A stretch of 31,869 nucleotides of DNA from Candidatus Aenigmatarchaeota archaeon. Its GTDB lineage: Archaea; Aenigmatarchaeota; Aenigmatarchaeia; JACPZZ01. Below the pieces are notes generated by a model. That model was not told where the DNA came from and did no database searches. It saw only the letters and a list, made by a program, of their open reading frames with translations. The stretch lies in NCBI GenBank assembly GCA_043806535.1, contig JAZDGV010000100.1, positions 1 through 31,869 on the forward strand, given 5' to 3'. This document shows positions 10,350 to 19,551 of the stretch, one piece after another; position 1 is the stretch's first letter; each line of letters begins with the position of its first letter. The translations under genes were made by a program, and so were the position numbers.

Positions 10350-10467
10350 CTTTCAAAATAACTCGTCTCGACAAAAATAAATAGTATAGTTGAATTTTAA
10401 ACAATCGCTTCGGGACGAGAACTAGCTAAAGAGCTCTTAGCACACTGTTTTACGAGGCGTTTGTTGC

Positions 10468-10599
10468 TCATATGAAAAGTGCCTGCTCAACGACAAGGCC
10501 GCATCCGGCACACACCATCTCGCCGCTGGGTTCCCTCGTTATTTCAGCGCCGCACTCCGAACATTTCCCGTTGACGCTTTCCTCGTTTTTCAAAGCCAT
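10468..10599 (-). CDS. 43-aa stand-alone TFIIB-type zinc-ribbon protein (absent from the ORF track)
   Basis: MALKNEESVNGKCSECGAEITREPSGEMVCAGCGLVVEQALFI*; CxxC-x13-CxxC with GEMVC..CGLVVE; GGTGA Shine-Dalgarno 4 nt upstream of the ATG. Confidence 0.8.
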   Translation of the reverse strand: MALKNEESVNGKCSECGAEITREPSGEMVCAGCGLVVEQALFI

Positions 10600-10643
10600 T
10601 TTGTCACCTATAGCCTTTGATGTTGGTAATCTGAAACATGCGA

Positions 10644-10693
10644 GCAACTAGAAGCAGACACGCTGTCTGCTTCGGTCTGGCGCTTGTTTCTAC
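10644..10693 (+). repeat. REP-like palindromic element, family B
   Basis: GCAACTA-GAAGCAGACA-cgc-TGTCTGCTTC-GGTCTGG; perfect 10-bp stem, related to copies at 13342, 21293 and 22573. Confidence 0.7.
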
Positions 10694-10837
10694 TGGTTCA
10701 TGCCTGTTATGAGAATGAGAACAAAGATTAAAATACTTTCCCCTTCTCCGATGTGCAAGAAACGAAGTTTAAATCGGGTCCAATGCGCTATAATGGATTT
10801 ATATGCGGTTTTCCAACTTAATCGAGAAGAGATTGAT

Positions 10838-12640
10838 ATGAAGGTCAAAAACAAGTGGGTTCCGGACACATCCGTGCTGGTTGGAAGGATTTTGAGCAAA
10901 CTGGTGCAGAACGGCAGCGTGGAGGGGGAAATAATAATACCGGCCATGGTCGTGGACGAGCTCCAGGCGCAAGCAAGCAAATCCAAGGAAACCGGTTTTG
11001 AAGGGTTGGAAGAGATCAAAGCTGTGCGCGACCTCGCTAAGAAGCACAACATAGAGCTCAAGTTCATCGGGCGCAGGCCGACAATGGAAGAGATAATGCT
11101 TGCGAAGAAGGGCAGGATAGACGCTTTGATCAGGGATGTGGCAAAGGAGAACAAAGCCGTGCTAATAACCGCAGACTATGTGCAGGCGCTTGTCGCTGAA
11201 GCCGAGGGGATTTCGGTGCAGCACATTCGGAAGGAGACTGTGAAGCGCCCGGCAAAGCTTGAAAAATATTTTGACAAGGAAACCTTGTCCGTCCATCTGA
11301 AAGCAAACGTAATCCCGGTAGCAAAGCGCGGAAACCCCGGAAACATAAGGCTTGTAAAGCTCGGGGAGCCGTTGAGCGAGGATGAGATAGAAGACATAAT
11401 CAAGGAAATAATGGAGATGGCGAGGACAAGCGAAAATTCATTCTTTGAAATAGGCTCCCACGGCGCGATGGTCATACAGCTGGAAAATTACAGAATCGCC
11501 ATTGCGAGACCGCCATTCAGCGACGGGCTTGAGGTAACAGCTGTAAGGCCCATAGCAAAGCTCACATTGAACGATTACAAGCTTTCGGAGAAACTCAGGA
11601 AGCGCCTGGAAGATCGCGCGGAAGGAATATTGATATGCGGCCCGCCCGGCTCGGGAAAATCGACTTTTGCCGCGTCCCTCGCGGAATTCTACCTGTCTTT
11701 GGAAAAGATTGTCAAGACTATGGAAAGCCCGAGAGACCTGCAAGTTCCGGATGAAGTGACCCAATATGGGCCTCTCAACGGCAGTTTTGAAAAGACCGCA
11801 GACATACTGCTTCTTGTGCGGCCGGATTACACAATATTCGACGAAGTAAGAAAGACAAAGGACTTTGAGGTATTCAGCGACATGCGGCTCGCCGGCATAG
11901 GAATGGTAGGCGTCGTGCACGCGGCTAAAGCCATCGACGCTGTTCAGAGGTTCATGGGACGCGTCGAGCTTGGAATGATAACCAGCGTGCTCGACACGAT
12001 AATCTTCATAAAAGACGGAAAGGTTGAGAACGTCTTTGATCTATCCCTTACAGTAAGGGTGCCGACAGGAATGCATGAAGCTGACCTCGCGCGGCCTTTG
12101 ATAGAAGTCAAAGACTTTGAAACTGGCGAATGCAAGTACGAAATCTACACTTACGGCGAGGAGAATGTCGTTGTGCCTGTGACAAAACGGGATGAAGAGC
12201 CTATAACAAAACTTGCAAAGGAGCGGGTTCTGCAGGAAATACGGGAATACGACAGGAATGCCAAAGTTGAAATAAGCGGCAACAAGGCTGTGGTGATAGT
12301 GGACAATGACGCGATTGCGAGGCTTATCGGAAAAGCCGGGAAGAATATCTCAGAGCTTGAGCAGAGGCTCGGAATATCAATAGACGTCGAGCCGGCTGTA
12401 AAGAGCTTCGGTCAAGCTGTAAGTCACAGCGTGAACGAATCTGGAGCATATTTGATACTCGAATTTGACAAGAAGCTTTCCGGAAAACTTGTTTCTGTCT
12501 GGGCAGGCGACGAATTCCTGTTCTCCGCAACAATCGGTGCGAGCGGGGGCATCAAGGTTTCCAAGAAATCCGAGATAGGCACGAAGCTCTTAAGGGCTGT
12601 CGTAAAGAAGCATGCCATACGGTCTTATATGCAGATTTAA
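10838..12640 (+). CDS. PINc/VirB11-like ATPase with C-terminal KH domain (PINA/MJ1533-type)
   Basis: N-terminal PIN domain (VPDTSVL, LITAD), Walker A GPPGSGKST, LLVRPDYTIFDEVR, KH motif LIGKAGKNI. Start reassigned to ATG 10838. Confidence 0.92.
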   Translation: MKVKNKWVPDTSVLVGRILSKLVQNGSVEGEIIIPAMVVDELQAQASKSKETGFEGLEEIKAVRDLAKKHNIELKFIGRRPTMEEIMLAKKGRIDALIRDVAKENKAVLITADYVQALVAEAEGISVQHIRKETVKRPAKLEKYFDKETLSVHLKANVIPVAKRGNPGNIRLVKLGEPLSEDEIEDIIKEIMEMARTSENSFFEIGSHGAMVIQLENYRIAIARPPFSDGLEVTAVRPIAKLTLNDYKLSEKLRKRLEDRAEGILICGPPGSGKSTFAASLAEFYLSLEKIVKTMESPRDLQVPDEVTQYGPLNGSFEKTADILLLVRPDYTIFDEVRKTKDFEVFSDMRLAGIGMVGVVHAAKAIDAVQRFMGRVELGMITSVLDTIIFIKDGKVENVFDLSLTVRVPTGMHEADLARPLIEVKDFETGECKYEIYTYGEENVVVPVTKRDEEPITKLAKERVLQEIREYDRNAKVEISGNKAVVIVDNDAIARLIGKAGKNISELEQRLGISIDVEPAVKSFGQAVSHSVNESGAYLILEFDKKLSGKLVSVWAGDEFLFSATIGASGGIKVSKKSEIGTKLLRAVVKKHAIRSYMQI

Positions 12641-12666
12641 GTTTCAAGCCGGCAAATGATAATATT

Positions 12667-13167
12667 ATGGAAATGCGCGACTTTTCCGGCCAAAAACTGA
12701 TGATTGTGGCGCTACTGGTTATTTTGATGTTTTTTGTAGGAGGCTCCATAACAGGCTACACGACATCGCTGATAAATCTGCAAAAAGAACTTTCAAACGC
12801 CACGGCCTGCGCCGATTTGTCAAAGAGTTTGGAAAGCGCAAGCGCGGATTTTGAAGCATGCGCTGAAACTCTCAATTCGACTTCTTCGCTGTTCACCGGC
12901 TGCAAGTCTAACCTGCTGACAGCTAACGCTGATACCATAAGACTGACCGCGGAAAACATAATCTACGAAAAAAACGTCACGGAACTCGGACGCGATGCAG
13001 ACAAGTGGAGCGATGCGTTCAAGAACGCGGCAAATGACGTTTGCTGCATAAGGAGGGCCGCTAACACGGACGCCGGGATAAGGTACTTCTATCTTTCCAA
13101 CGGTAAGACTTATTGCACAAATTCCGCAGACGCCTCGCTTGGAACGGTTGAGATAGCCTGCCCGTGA
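12667..13167 (+). CDS. Membrane-anchored hypothetical protein with coiled-coil and Cys-rich C-terminus
   Basis: N-terminal hydrophobic helix, helical middle region, C-terminal CC...C...C. Confidence 0.65.
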   Translation: MEMRDFSGQKLMIVALLVILMFFVGGSITGYTTSLINLQKELSNATACADLSKSLESASADFEACAETLNSTSSLFTGCKSNLLTANADTIRLTAENIIYEKNVTELGRDADKWSDAFKNAANDVCCIRRAANTDAGIRYFYLSNGKTYCTNSADASLGTVEIACP

Positions 13168-13241
13168 AATATTAATCTCTTTCTCGTGAGTAATCTTTAG
13201 GCGCAGACAGGAGAAGGCAAGCGCCTCCTTTGCCTGCGAAT

Positions 13242-13450
13242 GGGCCCGTAGCATAACCTGGATAATGCGGCGGCTTCCTAAGCCGACGATTGTGGGTTCA
13301 AACTACCCCTTTCGGCGCAAACTGAAACACAGGCGAAAACAGAAGCAGACAAATGTCTGCTTCAGTCTGACACTGTGTTTCGAGCTGTAACGAAAGCGGT
13401 AAGGTATCGGAAAGAAACTACGATAGGGTATGAAATTCCCACCGGGCCCG
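13242..13450 (+). tRNA. tRNA-Arg(CCT) with a 134-nt intron in the T-loop (59/60)
   Basis: Exons 13242-13302 and 13437-13450; acceptor stem GGGCCCG/CGGGCCC; A20; anticodon CCT at 13277-13279; strict BHB at the junctions. Confidence 0.92.
13303..13436 (+). other. BHB tRNA intron (59/60): family A element with a nested family B hairpin
   Basis: BHB formed by GGG/CCC, bulge AT|T, central TTCA/TGAA, bulge AA|C and TACCC/GGGTA. Family B stem at 13342-13363. Confidence 0.88.
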
Positions 13451-13511
13451 CCTTCTAACCAAGTTCGGAAAGAAAATATATACGGAAAATAAACGATTAT
13501 ATGTGGAATCG

Positions 13512-16500
13512 ATGAAAAGGACTTTGGCTGCGGTATTTCTAGCGCTCATTGCGATGGCTGTCTCTGCGACGAGCTTGGGATGGAGCGCAACAAAGGAGTT
13601 TAACGTAACCAACGCTCTCTATGTCAATTGGACCAACGCAGACGGCATGGGTCTGTATGCGATAAACATATCGATAGGGAACAATGCGACATACGACATT
13701 GTCGTGAACATAACAAACTCGACCAAGCTGATAAACAATTCGTTCTCGATAACAGCCAATTTCTCTGTGAGAAATGTGACCGGTTGGTCCGAGCAGGTTT
13801 CCGTGCCCGGCATGGGAACGCAGAACGTGTCGCTGATTTTCAACTATACCGGCCTGAGAGCCGGAAGATACGTGGGAACGTTTATAATCGCCAATGCATC
13901 AACCGCAAGCGAATACGCCAGTGTGAATGTCACGCTTGACATCTCGCTGACACTGAACGAAACAACGATGGACTATGAGAGCTTCTTTGGCAGACTTTCA
14001 TCGCCCGACCCGTATGAAAGATATTTCTTCAACGCGAGCTCCGGCGACTCGATAAACATACAAATCAGCACAACGCCGTTGTACCTTTTCCTTTTCGACC
14101 AGTCCGGCATCGTTGATATGAACGTTTCAAACACCACTCAATACCAGAACAGGTCGATTTCTTTCCTTACGCGCGGATACAACCAGTATTATGAACTCAG
14201 GGTCTACAACGCCTCAATTAGGGATTTCAACGGCTTCATCCGGCTCGGAACATTGAACACAAGCAGAAGATTCCTGGATTTTGGCTCTGTCAACACGACA
14301 TCTGCGACAGGACATTCAAATACGACCACCTACGATTTGAACAACACAAAACCGATAAACTTGGAAATGGTGAGAGAGTCCTGGCAGATGTATCTCAACA
14401 AGAGATATACGAACTTGGTAAACGCTTCCAATTTCACGGTTCTCGTTTCCAAAAATTACCAGAAGCTCGAGGCTGTGGTGGAATGGAGAAACGCGACAGC
14501 CGATTTCAACATGACCATATACAACTCCTCGTTCCAGCCGATCTCAGGCTATGCCAAAAGAAACCTGAGCAACGTTCCCGGCGTTGCGAAATCCCATGTG
14601 GTGGTTGAAAAGCAGTTCGACGAGTTCAACAAGACATGGATTGTGTCTGTTGTTGGAACGCACGGCGTTGAATACAACGTCACGATAAAATCGTTCATCG
14701 ATGCAAGCTGGATAAACAGCAGCTTCGGGAATTATCTGGGATACTATGTCATAAACGAGACGCAGAATTCATCGACTGTAAGCCTTAATATGACGCCTCC
14801 CGCGTGGCTCATCGACGGGCTTTACAACGGCTCTATCTCTTATGGTTATTCTGAGGCGAAGACGGAAATTCCATTCGGCATAAATGTCACAGGACCGATG
14901 CTCGTCGTCAACAACACGCTCGACATACTCAATTTCGCTGTCACGGACAATCTCGGCGCCAACAAGACAGTCAATTTCGGTTTCTTGATAAACAACACAG
15001 GCAGCTATGATTTGTATCTCGGCGATTACAACACGACGTCGTTGAACTTCTCCGACCATTCGATATGGTTCAACTACTCCTTCCAGAATCCCGTGCCTGC
15101 AGGCTCGTCCTCAATGCTTAATGTGCGATTCAACCTGACAACGCTGTCTTTCAACTCGGATGAAAGCGTTTACCTTGGATGGATTCTGCTCAACTCGACA
15201 AACGCGCATCCTTACAACGCGTTTAGAATAAACATGACATTCAACCTCACAAACAAGCTGAACTTCTTTGTTTACAACGTCTCGAACTACACTGGCAGCA
15301 ATTGGATAAGGCTGCAAAGCACGACGAACAACTCTTACATCAATGTCACCGTAAACATCACTTTCCAGAACGGGAGCTTTGTGCCAAACTTGAACCCGTC
15401 GAACTTCAGCGTATGGATGCAGAACACATTCGTGTATGAAGGCTCCAATTACACCTACAACGTCACTGATATGAATGTTACAGCTGTCCATACCAACGCA
15501 GGAGTTTACAAGTACTACGTGCTCAATGTGTCTGTCCCCTCAAGCGCGTTCGGGGGGAATTTCACAGTCTACGCCAGCGCAAGGGATGCGCCGGGCGGAT
15601 TTGCGAATTACGGGGCAGACAAATTCAGCTACTTGTATGTCAACAAGAGCCTGATGACCATAGACCTGACAAACGGGACCAGCGACGCGCCGACATTCTA
15701 TGCGACAGGGGATTATGACGTCAATATGACTGTTTTCAACCAAGGCGCGGAGCCTGCAACTGATGTCAACGTTTCAGGTGCCGCGTCCGGCTCGTGCTCC
15801 ATAAAGACTGGATACATGGAAGGGTTTTACATAGGAAACATCAGCTCATACTCAAGCTATTCCAACAGCACCATATGGAAACTGAGCATAGTCGGGAATG
15901 GGACTTGCACATTCGCGGTTGTTGGAAATTCGCCTCGCGGCGCTTGGCTGCTGAACGACACCATTGATTTCGGGTATGTTGGAGGATACCCTGCTCCTCC
16001 ATCAGGCTCGTCATCAGGAACGGGCGGGTCGGGCGAGAGCGCAATGAAACTGGAAATATTCACGAACAAAGCCAGCTACCTTAGATTTGAGGCGGCCGTG
16101 ATAACGTTCAACATCACTTCGACAGGAGCCGCTGTAAGCGGCGCCACGATAAGCTACAATATCACCGACTCGTCGGACAACAACCTCGTGTCAAGCGCAT
16201 GCTTGACAGGTTCGGACGGAAAATGCGTTGTCACGCACAACTTGACATCGGCTACGACCGGGGAATACAGAGTCGTCGCGAGAGCGTCCAAGACAGGCTT
16301 TTCCTCCTACTCTGCGACGAAAAGCTTCAGATTTTTCATGACCTCGGCTCAGATAACCTATTACAGCAGCTATGTCTCAGTTCTGCAGGGCTCAAAAAAC
16401 ACAACGGAAGTCAATGTAAAAAACAACGGCTCATTGCCAGTCGTTTTGAGACTGAAAATAACAAATATAACGGAAAGCTGGATTAAAACAACGCCGAGCC

Positions 16501-17177
16501 AGATTACAGTCGCGCAGGATGTGACAAGCACTTTCATTGTCGAGATTACCGCTCCTCTGAATGCCACGATAGGGAAGTATTATGCAATAATAGGCGTTCA
16601 GAACGATTCCTATTTCGACACGAGAAGCGCGCTTGTATTGGTTTTCCCGACAGATGCGACCAAGGAGCAAATATCCAGGTTTATTGCGGACTATTTGAGC
16701 GTCCTAAATTCGGTGTCCGAAAGGTTGAATTCGTCGAAGCTGCTGTTCCAGAACAATTCGAACATAATCACAGCCGAAAGCATGGCTAACACCGCCTTCC
16801 TTGAATATAGGGAAGCCGTCTCGGCGCTTGCGAGCGGCAATTACATAAAGGCTAACGAAAAAATCACAGAGGCGAAGAGGCTCGCGGACTTGGCGCAATC
16901 GCTTATCGCACAGACGGAAAAGGCAGGCGAGAAATTTTCCTTCGACCTGGTTTTGATTGTTGGAGCGATAATCGTGCTTGTTGGAGGCGTTGGGGCGTTG
17001 GCGTACATGCTCATGCCGCCCCCCGGCTATTCGCCCAGCGCCGGTTATGTCCATGCTGTGCAGAACGCAGACGCATTCGCAAAAATCAAGGACGAAATAT
17101 CCAAACTGATCGGAAAGGTGCTTGAATTCTTCAAAAAAATCACAACAAAGAAGCAAGAGGACTATGTCAGATGGTAA
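13512..17177 (+). CDS. Large surface glycoprotein (S-layer/adhesin candidate)
   Basis: Signal peptide, roughly 75 N-x-S/T sequons by manual count, Pro/Gly/Ser linker, helical region and a C-terminal TM helix. Start taken at ATG 13512. Confidence 0.8.
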   Translation: MKRTLAAVFLALIAMAVSATSLGWSATKEFNVTNALYVNWTNADGMGLYAINISIGNNATYDIVVNITNSTKLINNSFSITANFSVRNVTGWSEQVSVPGMGTQNVSLIFNYTGLRAGRYVGTFIIANASTASEYASVNVTLDISLTLNETTMDYESFFGRLSSPDPYERYFFNASSGDSINIQISTTPLYLFLFDQSGIVDMNVSNTTQYQNRSISFLTRGYNQYYELRVYNASIRDFNGFIRLGTLNTSRRFLDFGSVNTTSATGHSNTTTYDLNNTKPINLEMVRESWQMYLNKRYTNLVNASNFTVLVSKNYQKLEAVVEWRNATADFNMTIYNSSFQPISGYAKRNLSNVPGVAKSHVVVEKQFDEFNKTWIVSVVGTHGVEYNVTIKSFIDASWINSSFGNYLGYYVINETQNSSTVSLNMTPPAWLIDGLYNGSISYGYSEAKTEIPFGINVTGPMLVVNNTLDILNFAVTDNLGANKTVNFGFLINNTGSYDLYLGDYNTTSLNFSDHSIWFNYSFQNPVPAGSSSMLNVRFNLTTLSFNSDESVYLGWILLNSTNAHPYNAFRINMTFNLTNKLNFFVYNVSNYTGSNWIRLQSTTNNSYINVTVNITFQNGSFVPNLNPSNFSVWMQNTFVYEGSNYTYNVTDMNVTAVHTNAGVYKYYVLNVSVPSSAFGGNFTVYASARDAPGGFANYGADKFSYLYVNKSLMTIDLTNGTSDAPTFYATGDYDVNMTVFNQGAEPATDVNVSGAASGSCSIKTGYMEGFYIGNISSYSSYSNSTIWKLSIVGNGTCTFAVVGNSPRGAWLLNDTIDFGYVGGYPAPPSGSSSGTGGSGESAMKLEIFTNKASYLRFEAAVITFNITSTGAAVSGATISYNITDSSDNNLVSSACLTGSDGKCVVTHNLTSATTGEYRVVARASKTGFSSYSATKSFRFFMTSAQITYYSSYVSVLQGSKNTTEVNVKNNGSLPVVLRLKITNITESWIKTTPSQITVAQDVTSTFIVEITAPLNATIGKYYAIIGVQNDSYFDTRSALVLVFPTDATKEQISRFIADYLSVLNSVSERLNSSKLLFQNNSNIITAESMANTAFLEYREAVSALASGNYIKANEKITEAKRLADLAQSLIAQTEKAGEKFSFDLVLIVGAIIVLVGGVGALAYMLMPPPGYSPSAGYVHAVQNADAFAKIKDEISKLIGKVLEFFKKITTKKQEDYVRW

Positions 17178-17230
17178 TTTCTGCGAGGTTTAAATGCCTG
17201 CGCAACGAATGATTAAATTCTCGTGAATTT

Positions 17231-17602
17231 TTGTTTTTGGCGGTCAAAATGGCAAAATACATCTACAACAATTCGATAAAGGAGAAGGCGAAGGCGCTCT
17301 TTTTCGGGCATCGGATTCATGAAAAAATCGGCAGCAGGATAAAGCGCATTCCGGTTGAACGCATCGATATGAAAACCCCTGTCAGCGAAGTAAAAAAACA
17401 GCTGGCGACGTTCGTTTCAACCGCATTCGCGCTGACAGCGGCATTCTTCTGGAACGACGCGATAAGGGCGATGATAACTTCTTTTATACCGTACCAAGCC
17501 GGGAATTGGCCTTATTTGATGTGGTCTGCCGTGATTGTCACTCTGATTGCGGTGGTTGTCACAGCGCTGATTGCCAAAGTGCTTGGCGGGGCAGAGAAAT
17601 AA
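17231..17602 (+). CDS. Small membrane protein, DUF5654-like
   Basis: AFALTAAFFWNDAI and YLMWSAVIVTLIAV helices; the true start may be downstream (17249 or later). Confidence 0.7.
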   Translation: MFLAVKMAKYIYNNSIKEKAKALFFGHRIHEKIGSRIKRIPVERIDMKTPVSEVKKQLATFVSTAFALTAAFFWNDAIRAMITSFIPYQAGNWPYLMWSAVIVTLIAVVVTALIAKVLGGAEK

Positions 17603-17607
17603 TCCTG

Positions 17608-19464
17608 TCACATTCTCTCTATCGGCTGCACGCCAATGAGTTCAAGCGCATTCTTTAGCACGTCCGCGAAGCGGGCGACCAGTCGAAGCCTGAACGCGCG
17701 CGCGTTTTTTTCCGCGTTGAGAACCGGGCAGAACTGGTAGAATTTGTTGAAATTCGCGCAGATTTGATAGGCGTACTTGCACATCTCCTGCGGCGACAAG
17801 GTTTCCGCGGATTTCTTGACAACTATCGGGAAATAGAACAAACTTTTCAAAAGCTGCTTCTCAACGTCCGTGACGTTTTCAAAATCCGCTTTGCCGGGCG
17901 GACCTTTTGATTTTTCGAGTATTCTCCTCGCCCGCGCATATGCGTACTGCAAATATGAAGCCGTATTGCCATCGAGCCTGAGGGAATCGTCTATGTCAAA
18001 GACTATGATCTTGTCCCTGTCTATTTTTGTGAGTTCGTAACGGAGCGTCGATGCCGCTATTGATCCGGATGTCTTTCTCAGCCAAGCGTCGTTCTCTGTT
18101 GGGTTTCTTTTCTTTGTCTCGTCGTAAGCTTTCTCCGAAATCTTCTCAATGACCGTATCTACGTTGACAAAGAGCCCTTTGCGGCCGGACATGTGTATTA
18201 TTTCGGAATCTATAGGGACTCCAAGCGATTCCGCGGTCTTCTTGCTGAGCGAAACAACCTCGTAATCGTAGTGCGTGTAATTTTTCTCCCCGGAAATCAT
18301 CTTCAACGCGGTCGCAACAACGTCCTGCTCATAAGACTGCCTGACGTCGACAACGTTTATCGACATGTCCGCGTTTCCGAAGGGCTGGGACGGCTTTGCT
18401 TTCTTTTTATTGGAAGTTCTCCAGAGAATCTTCTTGTTCGGTTGCGTGACAAACTTTTCATAGTAAAAATCTTTCATCAAGCCGTGCTTCCACATCGCGT
18501 ATGCTATGTCCTTTCCCGCATACAAAACGGTCCCGTCCGACCTCACAAGAGCCTTATCGGGGTTTTCCATTCCCTTGAACTCGTCCAGATCGGAGAGCTT
18601 CAGCATCCAACAACCGGCATTCTTCCCGGCGCCAAGATAAACAAGGTTCTTTTTTTTCAGCTTCTCAAATGACTTTTCCCAGAGTTTCGACCTTAGTATG
18701 CAAGTCTCGGTTGTCAGCACGTCAAAGAATATTCCCAGACGCCAGAGCGTCTCAAGCTGGGCGGATAAGACTTTGTCAACGATTTTTTCGCTGAATTCCG
18801 ACAATTCGTTGCCGCCCTTCTCTATGGATTTTATCACCTCAAGCCTCTTGCCTTTCAGCTCCGGATTTTTTTCGTACACCCTGTTGACAGAAACGTAGAC
18901 GTCGTCGCCGCAGTACTGGTCGAACTTTTTCTCCGTTTTTATCGGATAACCCAAGGACTTGAAGCCGACGATTATATCCGCCACCTGCGTCCCGCTGTCG
19001 TCTATATAGTTCAAAACCTGGACGCCATGGCCGACAAACTTGAGAATCCTTGCGATTGAGTCTCCGAGGCATGAGTTTCTCGCGTGCCCTATGTGTATCG
19101 CCTTGTTCGGGTTTATGCTGGTGTGCTCCACGAGGATTTTTTTCTTCTTTGTCCGGTATTTGCCATATTCTTGCTTTTGCTTTTCCATCTCGTCCAAGAC
19201 CGCTTTGGCGAATTTTTGCGGGTTGAGAAAGAAGTTCAAATAACCCGACTTTGCTTCGACGCGCTCTATAATCGAGTTTTCCGGTATTTTTGTTCCTGCG
19301 GCAATCTCTTCCGCCATCTTCTGCGGGCTTTGTTTCTGGCGCTTCGCAAGGTCAAAGCATATCGTGGACGCCAAGTCCCCAAAGCCCGGTTTCGGAATCT
19401 CTATGGTCTCTTCCAATCCCTCCAAGCCGACAAGTTTGCTTATTTCCGAGTACAGGGAAATCAT
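17608..19464 (-). CDS. argS: Arginine--tRNA ligase
   Basis: GFGDLAS, EHTSINPNKAIHIGHARN (HIGH), MSGRKG, GNTASYLQYAYAR motifs. Start reassigned to ATG 19464. Confidence 0.97.
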   Translation of the reverse strand: MISLYSEISKLVGLEGLEETIEIPKPGFGDLASTICFDLAKRQKQSPQKMAEEIAAGTKIPENSIIERVEAKSGYLNFFLNPQKFAKAVLDEMEKQKQEYGKYRTKKKKILVEHTSINPNKAIHIGHARNSCLGDSIARILKFVGHGVQVLNYIDDSGTQVADIIVGFKSLGYPIKTEKKFDQYCGDDVYVSVNRVYEKNPELKGKRLEVIKSIEKGGNELSEFSEKIVDKVLSAQLETLWRLGIFFDVLTTETCILRSKLWEKSFEKLKKKNLVYLGAGKNAGCWMLKLSDLDEFKGMENPDKALVRSDGTVLYAGKDIAYAMWKHGLMKDFYYEKFVTQPNKKILWRTSNKKKAKPSQPFGNADMSINVVDVRQSYEQDVVATALKMISGEKNYTHYDYEVVSLSKKTAESLGVPIDSEIIHMSGRKGLFVNVDTVIEKISEKAYDETKKRNPTENDAWLRKTSGSIAASTLRYELTKIDRDKIIVFDIDDSLRLDGNTASYLQYAYARARRILEKSKGPPGKADFENVTDVEKQLLKSLFYFPIVVKKSAETLSPQEMCKYAYQICANFNKFYQFCPVLNAEKNARAFRLRLVARFADVLKNALELIGVQPIERM

Positions 19465-19551
19465 GGCATCACAAAGACATAATCCTCGGGCGGATATAAA
19501 AATTCGGGAAGCGCTTGGCAACCGCAGAAATCGTGCGCCCTATGGGCGTTT

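Noticed and set aside
10420-10640. Possible RNase P or SRP RNA in the ORF-free, GC-richer gap between ileS and the PIN-ATPase gene
   Set aside because: No RNase P P4 or SRP helix 8 consensus recognised; the stretch is explained by the 43-aa zinc-ribbon ORF with its Shine-Dalgarno sequence.
13242-13302. Split or permuted tRNA half, or truncated pseudo-tRNA
   Set aside because: The missing 3' end lies in cis at 13437-13450 and the junction forms a strict BHB, so a cis-spliced intron is the simpler explanation.
13303-13436. Group I or group II self-splicing intron in a tRNA
   Set aside because: Far too short, no catalytic core motifs, and the BHB junction indicates protein (EndA) splicing.
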